Positions 14,345-27,958 of a stretch of 64,000 nucleotides of DNA are shown here, piece after piece. The DNA comes from Lama guanicoe. Its lineage: Eukaryota. Location of the stretch: positions 2,950,282-3,014,281 of the forward strand of contig MU054400.1 of NCBI GenBank assembly GCA_013239625.1, read 5' to 3'. The first letter of the stretch is position 1. Every line of letters begins with the position of its first letter. Both the position numbers and the translations under genes were made by a program. The notes under the pieces were generated by a model. That model made no database searches. It had not been told where the DNA came from and was given only the letters and a program-made list of their open reading frames with translations.

Positions 14345-17300
14345 TGATGCGTGGAACTGTTGCTTTATTTTATTTTATTTTATTGTAGTGGCCAGTTCGG
14401 GAGCAAATGATGTCCGCTGTGGCAGATGTGTTGAAATTCCTTTAGCTAAATGGATGGTGGGAAGGATATTTGGGGCACATCCAACTGTCAGAGGTTCTTC
14501 TCAGGACAACCCACCAGTCTGCAGGCTGGGAATAGCTCTGAGCTGCTCTTCCAAGTCCATGTTAACTAAATTCTGGATGGAGGTCATGGAGGTCAAACAA
14601 GCCAACCAGCCAAGCCTTGGAGACTCACCTGTCTCCTCAGATTGCCTGGTGCTTGTCCAAGCTCAGCTGAAGCTTGTCTTGTGTTTGAGGTTCTGGAAGG
14701 GAGACTGTGGCCTTCACTCCTCCTCTCAGCCTCTGTTCTGCTGAGGACTTCTGTTATATCTTACTTTGTCCCTTGCAAGTGTCCCCCAGGCCCCAGGATT
14801 TTGTAAAGCACAGGCATGATTCCATCCCGGGTGGGTGGCATCTCTAGGAGAGTCCACCACCCCATGGGACAGAAGGTTTTACTCAAATAAAGAAGTCTGA
14901 AAGCCCTTCATCATAGCCATTTCCCCATAAACTCAGAAAGGAGACCTGGTCTTCAATAAGATAAACAATATTGAAAGGGCTGAAGTTTCCATGGAGCTCT
15001 CTAAAACACAAGAATTGACAAAAATAGCAGATCTTTTATATACGCATCATCAAAATAAAAAAAATACACTCACTAAAGTATTGGATGATATATGTAAAGC
15101 ACTGAAAAGAGGCATAGTTTTATAAAATGAATGAAGTGCCAAATGAATACGGACATGGCTAATGTAATAAAATGTAACTTCTTGGCATCACATAAAATGA
15201 TTAGACTGTGTTTGCTTGTTTTGGCCAAACACAGAATATTTGTGGGAATGGCATTTATTTACTGGTTATAACCTGGACAACTTCTCATTTTTTAAAATGA
15301 GATATGTATTCCATTGCTGTTGGGCTGAGCATTAAAATACTTCAATATATATGTAATGGGTGACCCAGAGAGAAATAACATGATTCTTGAACTTATCCAA
15401 CCTGCAGACTAAACACAGTTTCTGTTAAAATTCATCCAAATGAAACCCTGTGCATTTGGTTTCGTTGTCATCAAAAGTAATGGAGTCGGGTGGCCCAGAT
15501 ACGCTTAGATTCTCAGCAAAAGCTCCTAAAAAGCCGCACTTTGGGGTGAATAAAAGGCAGACCTTTCTAGGGATGATGGATGTCATGTCTATCAAATAAA
15601 CATCATCTCACTAAGTCGGGCAAAGGGAGGGGGAGAGTGAGACCGAGACTGGAGGAGAGATGTGAGGTCAAGTCGGGTGAGTGGTGTGGAGTAAGAATCC
15701 TGCAGAGACACTGGAGATGTTTCATTCCTGCTGCTGCGATCGCTTCCTCTTTTCTTTCATTTACTCAAAAAGTTTGTTATTTTTTAAAGCACAAAATGTT
15801 CAGAACATTTGGCAGTGTTACATCTGCAGTCTTTGCTTTTCTTCTGCTGTTCTTTTTTTCCCCCTGCTTTGGAAAAATGGGACCAAAAGGTGCCTCTATT
15901 TTTGTAGATTCCTAGACTGATAAAATGTGAGAGCTGGAAGATGCTTCGGGAACATCTAATCCTAATCTAGCCATGTGTTACAGACAAGAAGACCATGGAT
16001 TCACGTTCTGGGCTGTGCTTCCCACTGATGTTTGGAGACCTTCCAGGGAGCTCAGTCAGGCCTTCAGACTCTGAATTCACTTCACAGGGTCACAAGGTGA
16101 AATCTTTGAATGTGAGAGAATCCTGGGAGCCGAGGGAATCCTAGAGGACAGTATAGGAACAGCCGAGGGACCTCAGCCTGATAGAAAGACTCAAAATTCC
16201 TTAGTGGGAATAGCCTTTCATCTTAGTATCATCCCTTATTCTGTGCGTGATCTCTGTACTTCTTGCGGTGCCTTTAAGGAGAGGAGGCTGCATAGCACAC
16301 TCAGGGTACCCTCAACTCGTACGTTACGTTTCCTTCCAAACTCATGCTGAAACAGGGTTCAGGGCTTGGGCTAGTAATGATGAAGGATTTGCCAGCGTCA
16401 GCAGTGTGTAGCCAGTTGTCCTGCCCATGGCATGCTTCCCCCCAGACATATTCCCATCACTGCTGTCCGTGAGGCTTCTGCTGGTTTCATAGCCCTAACC
16501 CCACCTCTGACCCAGACCCGGACCTAGTACCCATAAACCTCTTGGCTTTGCCTAACAGTGTTTGCAAATTCATGACCTGCAATGAGCATTTGCTCTGTAA
16601 TGATCACTGCGAAAACACAAAACAAAAACAAACCAAAGCGAATTTGTCCCTTTATCTCATGTGGAGAGAACAAAACGCCTGACAGCTTAAAAATTCATTT
16701 CGACTTCAAGGTCGCACACTTAAGAAACCTCATCTCAATGACCTTGAGTGTGAATGGTGTGTTGAAACCAGAGGCTTTGGTAATGTTTGCTAGAATGATT
16801 TCAAGCTTCAGAGAGGAGGCTCCTTTTAATTTGCACGGATCCAGAGGCTACAGCTGCACAAGAAACAAACCAGATCTTTCATGGGCTCCAGGATGAATTG
16901 GGTCAGAAAATACACGGACCTTTCATAGCGCTGCCTCTCTCCAGCCTGACCCGCTCATTTTCAGGAGGGGAGGGCAGATTGAAAGTGTATTCAGACCATC
17001 TAATGAGCCTGGGAGGAAAATGCCTATGGCTCAGTCCTGACCGAATAAAGGGTTTTTTTTTTTTTTTTAAAGGAATGAGATAAACCAAACAAACGCGGCT
17101 TCCAGGACCTGCCGAGCCTGTCACCTCTGAGGAGTGACTGCCAGGGCTGCTGTCTTCCACTGGAGGCACCAGGGATGTTTGACAATCTCCCTGCCCGTTG
17201 CCTAGCAACCCCTACAGCATCGATTATGCATGCTAAGAAATAGCTATTGTCCTTTTGCCTCCTCTAGAAGGAGCTGGCTGGGTTGAAATCCAAGGCTTTG

Positions 17301-19169
17301 CATTCAGACTGACAGATGTCAGGTCCCTGTAAATTCTGGTGTCGCTTGCCCCAAATGATTCGAGAGCTTGAGGGATCGGCCGAAACCAGTTTGTGATGGA
17401 AGTGATCCTAAGGATGCGCAGGCCACTCAAGGGCACAGTGGGGCTGAGCAGGCCTCTCCCACCAGAGTATCTGCTTCCTTGGATCCGACCGGATTGCCCT
17501 TTCCTTGCTATTTTTGGATGGATGAAATGGATTTGTCCCTTTCCACTGAATTACAACTGAAGAACCCATGGAGAGGATGAGAAACAGAAACCAGTCTTTG
17601 ATCAAAATGAGTTACTTTGCCTTTAAATAATTCAATTGCCAAGGAAACCCTTCATCACAGTTTCCCTGCATTAGCTGTGGATGCATTAACCATTTTTGGC
17701 TCTATGCATCCCGCATTTCCATAGCTCCAGTTCCTACAACATTTCCTCGTACTGTGAGTGTGCTCTGATTTTGTTTTTTAAATATAGCCACAAGTGGGTT
17801 TTATAGGATTCAGCATGGAGTCTCCTCCCCTCTCCACTAACTCAGGTGTATTTCCAGAAACAAGAGATGCTGGACACAAGAGGCCTTAGGAATCATGTCT
17901 AGAGGCTCATGTTTTATTGATGACAAAACCAAGACCCAGGGAAGTTGAGTGACTTCCTCGGGGTGTAAGTTAAAGCGAGTCAGCAGTGCCGCACAGGAGC
18001 GAGAAATGGGGACATGAGTTCAGCGGGCACTTTCTGTAACATCTTAAGGATTTTTGCTTTTCATGTTTCTGAACATTTGCTTGTTGATGGAGGAAATGGT
18101 AACGATTTTCTTCACCAAGGGCTTTGGAAGAGCTGACTAATAAAGGCCGTGGCCTGTTACTGTGAGCAAGCCTGACAGAGCGTCCAGCATACCATGGCCG
18201 TCCCCGCGCCGGGAGGGCCCCAGCCCAGCGTCTGGGCCGCACGGCTCCCACTCACCCACCAGCTTCAGTCCAAGTTGCCCCTCTTCCAGGAGACCCCCGC
18301 TTGCCTGCTCCCCGTCTGGTCAGCCCTCCCACTTACATGGTAGTGAGGCATCTGTATTTGTCCTTTACGGCAGTCCTCAAGGCTGGTAATGACACACGTG
18401 TTCGTGGGTGTATTCAGTCAATGACGTGAGTGTCTGTCTTCTCCATTAAAGTGACATGTTCTTGAGGGGAGGAATCATACCTTTTTACTAAATTTTTTTT
18501 ACATATTTTCTAATATGTGATAGCAATAAATGCTTATTGAATGAATTCATAGGTTGATGAATGGATGGACTATTGAAATAGTAGCCTTTTAAAAAAGTAA
18601 AAATTTGGTGGTTGGCATTTCTAGGTAAGAAAATGATTTGATAAGCTACTGATAGTCATAGATATATATGTATATGAAGTAATCTAATGAGAAATCATTT
18701 GGGGAATGAGGGAATCACTATGGAGCTATATAGAGATAAGATCAAAATTCTTTAGTTTAACTCATAGGTTCTGCTGATGAGGAAAACAGAGCAGGGGCCC
18801 AGGGAAGGTCAATGACCCATCCAAAATCCCATAACTTGAATGAGGTCACTTAATGTCCAACCTCGGACTAAAAGTCTGGCCTCCCCATCAGCCCCGTGCT
18901 CACTGGGCACCACATTTTCATGTACAGAATTTTACACATACCCTGATAAACCAAATTGAAGAAATTCAACATAATGTCATTTATCAAGTAATACAAAGGG
19001 ATGTGTTAGTTGTGTTTATTTGTATATAATGGTGAGAGAAATTGTCGTATTTTCCTAAGTAGAAATGTAATTCAAGAGAATAGACAGAAATAAGGAAAGT
19101 GATTCCCGAGTGAGTGCACTGGCCTCAGAGGCATACAAGCAAAATATCATGATCTGCTTTGATAATCAG

Positions 19170-19730
19170 AGCAGTGCAATGTTCATTGGAAACCCAACTC
19201 AAGCTGGCTGAAGCAGAAAAGAGGATTGGTTCACTCAAGCTACTGGGAAAACTTGCTGCTGGCGCTCTAGCTTTAGGTACTGCTAGACCCAGGACACCAA
19301 CATTTCTCTCTCTCTCTCCTTTCTCATCTCTTGGCTCTGCTTTCTTCTATCCTGACTGCATTCTCAGGCAGGTTCTCCCCACACTGTGGTAAAGACTTGG
19401 CAGCCATGGCTCTGTGCTTAGATGCGGCCATCCTAGCAACCCAAAAGAAAAGGCTTCTTTCCCAACAATTATGCAAAAGTCGAATGGCCAACTCCTATTG
19501 GCTTGTCTTGAGTTGTGTCACCAGGTCCTCCAGCCAAGGGACCAGAGTATTCTGAGTACCCAGGCCTGGGTCACATGCATATCCCTGCGAGTGGAAGATG
19601 AAGTCAGCCCTCCCCAATACATGTGGACTGAATGTAGGGAGGCGTTGGTTCCCTGTAAGAACATTAGAGATGCTACAGCCAAAGGAAGCGGGGAAGAAAC
19701 TGGCAGGAAAAAAAATGAAGGATGCCCAAT
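19170..19730 (-). mobile_element. Old ERVL-MaLR LTR (MLT1K/L-like)
   Basis: gaaacccaactcaagctggctgaagcagaaaagagg...tctcatctcttggctctgctttcttc...ttctcaggcaggttctcccc resembles antisense MLT1K/L. Boundaries approximate. Confidence 0.55.
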
Positions 19731-22028
19731 TCAAACAGGACCACTCAGCCTCACTGTGACTCGGAGCAGGTGGCATCCAGAAGCTCACCGGGATCTGAGG
19801 TGGCCCTTGTGACAGCCCCACCCTGTCTTCCCGCAGTGAGTACCAGGGCTCTCCTCGGCTGCCCGGCCGGTGCAGCAGCTGCCTCTGCCTCTGCCGCCCC
19901 CTCGCACTGGGCCGCTGCTCCCCGCCAGCGGCTGCCCACACGGCCTCTGTGACTCCACTTCAGAGCCCTTAAGAAGGAAAGACCAAGTGTCCAGTTATTC
20001 CGCTCAGTGTTCACGGCAGGCGCCTCCCCGCCGTTCAAGCCTTCAAGGTGATCACGTAGCACAGATAAGGCTGCTTATGGGAGTGAAGCAACTAGAGTCC
20101 CGGAATATGTGTCAGGGCAGTAGAAGGGCTCAAAAGGAAGGCTTATCCTCCGATTCAGGGACAGGGGAACAATCCTTAGACGGGAAAGAGCGTCAAGAGT
20201 TCATTGATTCCTGTGCTCCATCAGGCAAGTTTATCCCTAAGACAGACAGCTTGCTTTCCTTCCTTCCTTCCTCTCTCCTCCTTGCCTTCCTCTTCCCTTG
20301 CTCCCTTCCTCCCTTCCTTCCCTTTTTATTTTTTAACGGCAGTCATCATGTCAGTCCTCCCTGTTGGTTACTTGTGAAGCCCCTCTCCTATTCCTCCCTC
20401 TTCCTGTGTTCCCGACTCCTCTGTTTACACTGGCCTGCAAAATCCCCGTTCCTGCAAAACAGCAGTCGATGACGACAAGATTAGTGTGTTTAAGAGAATA
20501 TTTGTTAGGGCTGCCTTAAAAAAATTGGTTTGTATACCTTAACAGAACAGAATATTGCAGGAAGTACTATCAATTCCATCTTTACAAGTCTCTGGAAACA
20601 GAAACTGTAGAACTTTTAATAGTGGCTTGTTAAAAGGCTTGATCGTCCTTATGGTCCGGGTATTGCTTAATAGGTTTCTGTTGTTCTTTAGTGTAAGTGA
20701 ATTCTTTCCTGACGTATGTGTGTGTGCCTGTGTGTGTGTGCGCACGCGTGCACATTCACACGTGCTGGAGGGTGGGCGGTAACAGTTTCCTTGTAAGAAT
20801 CCCCCTTGTCCCTGAGTCACGTAGTCCCCGGTTATTAAGTTGCTCCATCAGGGTCCCTTTCCTGGTAACTTCAACTGTTAACCTTTGACAGGAGATCTGT
20901 TTTTTGTCTTGTTAACCCTTTTTTTCCCCTGGCTTTTCTCCAGTGTAGCCACATCTTTTCAGAAATGCTGAAACCAAGCATTACATTTCACTCTAAAGAG
21001 GACTCATCTGATACCATACGTAGCTGGAGGGTTCATTTCCCACCTCTGCATCCCCGGACCGTGTGCGTGGTGGTAGATGTGCGGCTCTTTATTGACTTTA
21101 ACACGATAGCCCAACTTGCAAACGTGCCATGGTCTACCACGGTCCGCCAGCTTCTTCCTGTCTGGTGGCACTGTCTCAGACAAGCGCATGCTGGCATCTT
21201 TAAAGCTTGTTAGAATGCCGCCGTTGTCCATATTGGAGGCCAACTTCTGATTCACTCTTTCGAGTCAATATTTCTCTAGTATGACAGTGACTGTGAATTA
21301 GCTTCCTGTCTTTCGAAGACAACATTTGTAATATGCACACACAGACCATCAATTTTATCCTAGTACTGCAAGCACTGTAAAGTGTGTGAGTTAGAAATTG
21401 ACTTCGTGTTCCCATTGGGTGGTTGGTTTGTGAGATTTTGAACCATGAGAGCATGGCTGTGAAAATAGATACAGCAGCCGTCAGCACCCTAGCTGGGAAT
21501 CTTGTGTTTGAGGCTGTCACTTGGCCTACAATTAAAGTCCTTGCAAAGGCCAGTTACACATGATTGAGTCAAATGACACAGAGTGTTAGTTTTTGGTGCA
21601 GTGCACACTCTGAGTGTGGCAGTGATCATTGCTATTTCCATACAGTCGTTTAATTAGCTTTTATATTGGCAGGAATGTTGGGGAGCCACCTATTAACACT
21701 CTTCTAAGTTTCTAATTCTAAGATTTTATTTCTATCAAGCTCTTCCTGTCTCTGAATGTATCACAGTACACTCCTCCAAAGTTCACTTTTGTAAGAGTTT
21801 GATGGAAGCTTCCTCTACCTTTCTTTAGAGAAGACCTTAGAAGTTAGAAGACTCATATAGTATTATGACTAAGCCTCACTCTAAATACTTGAATGACCAG
21901 ATCATTGCCTGTAAGGACCTTTTAAAAAGGGTGCCCGCCTTAATTTTATTTCAGTTTAGTTTGGTTTTCCAACATTCCTGAGAAGCAAGCTGACCCATTC
22001 ATAGCCTACTAAGCTGGTTTTTATAGAA

Positions 22029-22347
22029 CAGGTCTGTCCAGTAGAAGTACAATGTGGACCACAAAAGCAAGCTGCATTTGTGTTAAAATGTCCTGGCATG
22101 CATGTTTAAAACGTCAGAAGAAACAGATGAAACTCATCTAATGAATATATTTTATTTGACTCAACATATCTAAAATATTATCATTTCAACATATTATTAA
22201 TATAAAAAATTTAATGAGATATTTTATGCACACCAAGTTTTCAAAATCTGAAATCTGTATTTTATACCCCCAGCACATCTCAGTTTGAACTTGCCATATT
22301 TCCAATTCTCGCTAGCCACATGTTGGCTGCCATATTGGACGGTGAAG
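22029..22347. mobile_element. MER33/MER3-like hAT-Charlie MITE
   Basis: Termini caggtctgtcca... and ...tggacggtgaag; internal aatatattttatttgactcaacatatctaaaatattatcatttcaacat; flanks TTATAGAA / GTCTAGAA resemble the hAT NTCTAGAN target duplication. Confidence 0.75.
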
Positions 22348-22803
22348 GTCTAGAAGATATCAGAAGAGTGAACAGTCTCCATTAGCATCAGATCTTGACC
22401 CAGAAGGACTTAGTCATGTTGGCCAACATTCTCCTGCATCTTTGTTGCCTCGTATGAGTGTTTACTCACTGCCTTCTATGCTTTAAGCGCAATGTTGTGC
22501 ATCAGGCATCGGGAGGTTTTCCCATAATAATCTCCCCTTTTTTTCATCTTTCACCTTAACTCTGTATCTATGCTCTCTACAAAGTGTAAGAGAAGAATAT
22601 GAGATCAGTATGTTCAAAAGGACCCAATCTTCATTTTATCTTGTGTCCGCTAAACCATGTAGACTTTGACATGCACAGTCATTTGTCAGGTCCTCCAACA
22701 TCCAATCACACCAGTGATTTCAAATGAGCTCTCTTACCTTGCCCACTAGCTTCCCATTAGCCTTAATATTTGGCTGAAGCATTTCAAATGAATATTAATT
22801 TTC

Positions 22804-23757
22804 AAGCTAATACAACTACCAACAGAGATAAAGGGGGATATTGATGGGAATACAATCATAGTCGGAGATTTTAACACCGCATAAACATCACTAGACAGAG
22901 CTTTCAGACAGAAAATAAATAAGGCAACAGAGAAATTAAATAACACAATAGAAAAATTAGATTTGGTAGATATTTTCTGAGCATTACACACCCCCAAAAT
23001 AGGATATACATTCTTTTCAAGTGCACGTGGAACATTTTCTAGGATTGATCATGTACTTGGGCACAAAAGAAACCTCAACAATTTTAAGAAGATAGAAATT
23101 TATCTCAAGCATCTTTACTGACCGCAATGCCATGAAACTAGAAATCAACTACAGAGAAACAAAGAAGAAAAAAAGGAAAGCGTGGAGATTAAACAACATG
23201 CTATTAAAAAACCAGTGGCTCAATGATGAAATCAAAGTTGAAATTAAAAAATACCTTGAGACAAATGAAAATGAAAACACAACCACTCAAAATTTATGGG
23301 ACACAGCAAAGGCAGTGCTAAGAGGGAAGTTTATAGTGATATAGGCCTTCCTCAAAAAACGAAGAACAATCTCAAATAAACAATCCAATCCATCAGCTAA
23401 AAGAAATAGAAAAAGAAGAGCAAAAAACCCCAAAAGGCAGCAGAAGGAAGGAAATAATGAAGATCAGGGAGGAAATAAACAAAATAGAGATTAAAAAAAC
23501 CATAGAAAAAAAATCAATCAAACCAAAAGCTGGTTTTTTGAAAAAGTAAATAAAATCGACAAACCTCTGGCCAAACTCACAAAGAAGAAAAAAGAGAGTG
23601 CAAATTAGCAAAATAAGAAAGGAAAATGGAGAGATTACAGCAAATAACATAGAAATACAGAATATCATATGAGAATATTATGAAAAACTATATGGAACAA
23701 ACATGGATAACCTAGAGGAGATGGACAAATTTCTGGAAACATACAGTCTGCCAAGAC
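22804..23757 (+). mobile_element. Internal young LINE-1 ORF2 fragment (endonuclease C-terminal half and linker), with no 3'UTR or poly-A
   Basis: Encodes IIVGDFNT, YTFFSSARGTFSRIDHVLGHK, MKLEINY...WRLNNMLLKNQW...NLWDTAKAVLRGKFI (ORF 23132..23344) and MDNLEEMDKFLETYSLPRL (ORF 23703..). Several frameshifts. Flanked by TAATTTTC at 22796-22803 and 23758-23765. Confidence 0.93.
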
Positions 23758-26559
23758 TAATTTTCCTTTGGTTTTTATTTTCTTCCATTTTACCTTCACT
23801 AGCTTGTCAGTTCAAGGCTTTCATTTATTTCATGCTCATCCACTCTTCCAGCCCTGAATCAGTGTGTCCTCCAGGCTGTACCTCTGGATAAGACCTCTCT
23901 CTTGAGAATGCCTTCAGAAAGGATGGCAGCTCTGGCGTGTCAGGAAATTCACCAGGAATAAGAAGAAGTGAAGCTACAAAGCAGACACTAGGAGTAAGAA
24001 AATAGCAGTGCTCAAGGATGGGACAAATACGCCTGTCAGAATGAAACTTAAGTGGAGGGAATTGTCAGAGAGGGAAGCTGCCACCTCGGGTCCATTGCCA
24101 GGGGACTCGGGGAACTGGCCAAGCCTCCCTTAATTGAGTAAAATGACAATCAGCCGTGGTGTGAAAACAGAGATGGATTTTATAAATAGGGTGGAGACGA
24201 GGATTTTTCCAGCTTCTGATGGCTGTCTGGCTGTGGTTCCACCCGTAGAAAAATTCCTTCCTTCGAGTGCCAAATTCAGAAGATGATTCTGCCCAACTCG
24301 TTACCGCCATATTTTCTGAATCTCTTAAAATAGAATTGAATCATAATTGAGAAAAAGAATTCAACATGTAAAAGTGGATGGGCACACAGGATGAGGCCAA
24401 GCTTGTGGAACGCATTTTTCCCGTGAATAGTGAAATCTCCTCTCTTACGTTCAAAAATGTTACCGAAGCATAGCTTTCCGCGTGGCACTGAGTGGAGTCT
24501 CTTCCGATAGGATTTTGCTTTGGGGAAATGGAAATATGAGATGCTTGTTAATTCTGTCAGTTTGGTGGCCCCCCCAACCCACCGCAAAGAAAATCCTATC
24601 TTTTCTCCCACTCTGTCCTTCTACCCGGCTGTCTGACATCCCCACCCTTGTCTCTAACACACACACACATGCACGCAAACAATCTAGCATTCTTGAACCA
24701 ACAGTATGTAGCTGAAACTTGAGAAGGAAGTTCACATGCAGAATTTGTTCCTGCCTTGTGATAATGACCTAAAAGGTTGCTGTCTGTAATTCACTGTTCA
24801 AGACTGACTAAAGCCTTAGAAATAAGCTATGTCAGTAACTCAGAGCAGCCTCTGAGTGAAAAGACTGAATCTCTGAGAAAACTCTGAAGGCTTCCAGGGA
24901 TTTCCGGAGGGAGGCAGTGGGAGCCTCCAAGGCACCGCTGCTTTCACACCTTGGGCTGGCCCTGTGCCTTATCCATGCATCTTTTGGCCATCTTGAATCC
25001 CAGTGGGAGCAAACTGAATGCAGACCTGATTGTAGTTTCAAATTCAAATTGCCCAAATATCAGTCTCTAGCAGGGAACCTGTGAGGCATTTCAACCTAGA
25101 CTATCTCGCCCAGTCCTCCCAGTGACCCTGTGAAGTAGAAGATATTTACCCTTACCCTACAGAAGGGAAAACCAGAGTTCAGGGTAGTCCAGAGTGGAAC
25201 CAGGGTTCAAATCCAGATCTTTTGGTGTCAAGTTAGAACTCTTTCCATTTGAGTACCACCCGTGTGAGGCTCTGCCTTTCGACTGGAAGGAGAACACAGA
25301 CTTCGGGGGCCAGTTCTCCAGCATAGAGTGCTTTGGAACATGCCCCCCCTTAATGTTGCACCTCCCCATCTGTTATCTCTTCCTGGCCCTTCCTTCATTC
25401 CTATTCCTTACTTGGGTCCATGCTCTTTCTTTCCAGATGAACGTTCACTTTTCACTCCTTTCCAATGCTCTTTCATGTCTAGTTTGCACAGACCTCGTGG
25501 GTCAGGGGTTCTTTTCATTGCAAGACACTGGGAGAGACAGCCAGTGATAAACAGGTGAACACAGCACCCTTCTGTTGTCAAAGGATGTAGTGGAGACAGA
25601 CACATACCGAAAATCAGAATGAAAGTCCAAGTGTGAGAAATGCTCTAATGTGTGTGTTTTGCTCTGTGAGCCCCAAAGAAGGACCCAGCCAATGACAGCT
25701 TCCATCCCTCCACGTCCAAGCCAATAAAATAGTGAGTGGATTAAAGAAACAGCTAAAACATGCCTCTGGATGAAACCAACCTAAACGAATTGTCGAGATA
25801 AGCACTTCACTCCTCCCAGTGCATCAAGGGTGAGAGGAGTTTCATTTGGATGGATACGAGCCCAGCTTCCCGAACTTCTGGGGAGCAGAGCCCTAGACCC
25901 CAGTCTTCACTCTTCATCTTGTTATTAAATGAAGCAATGTGTGGTTTCCATGGCGGCAGCCCTGTCAAAGCTTTAGGGTCTCTCTGAGCACTTGCTGGCC
26001 CAAATCTGCTCCCTTTTCAAAGGTGGTGGTGCTTTTAGGGACTCTTTGCAGAAAACCACATTCTGGAGTGAGAATGGTGAGCCCTATCACCAGACCTCAG
26101 TTTTGGAATGGCATCTCCCAAATCTCCAGAATTTGGTGTCAGAAGCAACTGCCTCTGAAGTGCACCGTGAATCCCGGTCTCTTAGGTCTGGTCGTGTTGG
26201 GGAGAAAAGTTCAAATCCTGCTAAGGGCAGTTCATGACAATGCTATACTCTGTAAAGGTCGTAGCAGAAAAGACTTTGTGATCTTGCTGTTATTAATGTT
26301 TCCTGGCTCTGATGCGAGGGAGGCCCTTGTATTCATCGGGGCCCTCCTGTGTGCAGAGCAGTCTTAGGCGTGGTAAATGGCCTACTGCAAACTCGTCCCA
26401 TGGTAAACTCAGCGATGGAGCACGGGCCCCCGGGAAGGAAGGGCTTGCTCCTCAAGTTGCTGGGAAACATGCAACCGACAGTCCTCAGCTGCCAGCAGTC
26501 TACGGGGACTCAGCAAGTCCCCTCACCTCCTGGGCTGTCCCCCGTCCAATGACTCGTTA

Positions 26560-26762
26560 TTAAGGAGCTGTGAAAGCCCAGCCCCCTTGGCCCAACCAAG
26601 ACAACACTTGAAGGCTCATCCTGCCGGGCAGATGAGGTTTCTGTTAGACTGAGTCACAGTTCACCTGCACCCTGTGCCCAGCCCCTCCCAAGAGCATCCC
26701 CTAATGAATGTCTCACCTACAAATCCCCACCTCAGAGTCTGCTCCCAGGGAGCCTAGCCTGG
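26560..26762 (+). mobile_element. LTR16-like ERVL LTR fragment
   Basis: 3' end ...cccctaatgaatgtctcacctacaaatccccacctcagagtctgctcccagggagcctagcct resembles the LTR16 3' terminus. Confidence 0.55.
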
Positions 26763-27450
26763 GGCCTATCCTAGGATCTACAAGTTGTCCGGGTCAGGAG
26801 CATCCCCACCGGGGGAGCAGACTCAAGGCAGTGAGCTAGAAAGTGACCCCCGGGGACCAGGCAGCGTTTGCCCACACTGGACGCAGTGTTAGCCTTGTCC
26901 TCTGCCCACATCTGGCGGAGGCAGCGCTCTCATTCTGTCCCAGTGGCGCACGTGTGGAGGTGCACATTTGTCATCTGGCTTTGGTCAGGACTTACTGCAG
27001 TCTCCCTGCTGCTCACAGGCCGCCCCTCCCAGGAGGAGGCCTCTGGGCTTCCCTCCTCCTCGTGCCTCAGCTGAAGCAATCGCTTCCTGTCTGAACTCCT
27101 CTTCTGCTCTCGGTGTTTGCTTCCCGTATGCCTTTACCACTCATTCCGCGAACACTCATGCACACCGCCGCCTTGTGCCTGGAGCTGTGCCCAGGGCCAG
27201 CAGGGCAGAAGCGGGAGGCGCAGTCCCCGGGTCAAGGAGCTCACCATCTACACCAAAGGTGAGCAAGTGAACGTGCAGTTAGAATGTGTCGTGGCTGGCC
27301 AAATGACAGAGGTGGGCGTGAGGTGGACCTAGGAGGTCATCCTACCTGGCCTGGCAGGCCAGGCCGAGGGGATGTGACCACGTGAGGGGTCAGCAAGCAC
27401 TTCTCAGAAAGGCAGTGGCTGAGCCCAGGCTTGGAGGACCGCTAGGAGAT

Positions 27451-27958
27451 GTGTTAGTTTCTTCTGGCTGCTGTAACAAATCACCACAGACTCAGTGGCC
27501 CAAACAACACAGATTATTTCTCGCACAGTTCTGGGGTCAGACGTCTGATACCAGTTTTACGTAGCCAAAGCCAAGATCCTGGCTCCTTCTGGAGGTTCTG
27601 GGGTAGAAGCTTTTTCTGGCCTCTTCCAGCTTTCAGAGGCCGCCCACATTCCTTGGCTCATGGCCTGTTTCTTCTTCCATCTTCAAAACCAGCAGCACAG
27701 CATCTTCTCTCCTCTCTGACCTCTGCTTCTCTCCTAACATCTTCTCTCTCGACCCTCCTCCTGGTCCTCATATGAGGACCCTTGTTCGTGATGACACTGT
27801 GCCCACTCGGAAAATCCAGGATTATCTCCCCACATCAAGATCCTTAACTTCATCGCATCTGCAAAGTCCCTTTTGCCGTGTAAGGTAACATAGTCACAAA
27901 TGCCCGGGATGAGGATTTGGACACCTTTGGGGTGGGACATTATTCAGGCTCCGCCACC
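27451..27958 (-). mobile_element. MLT1 (MLT1C/D-like) MaLR solo LTR
   Basis: tgttagtttcttctggctgctgtaacaaatcaccacagactcagtggcccaaacaacacagattatt...aaatccaggattatctccccacatcaagatccttaac...gtcccttttgccgtgtaaggtaacatagtcaca...ggacattattcag. Confidence 0.85.

Noticed and set aside
19414..20472. Overlapping 100-200 aa ORFs (19414..19812, 19495..19941, 19870..20472)
   Set aside because: Built from LTR remnant, GC-rich patch and CT-rich low-complexity sequence, with no protein-like signature.
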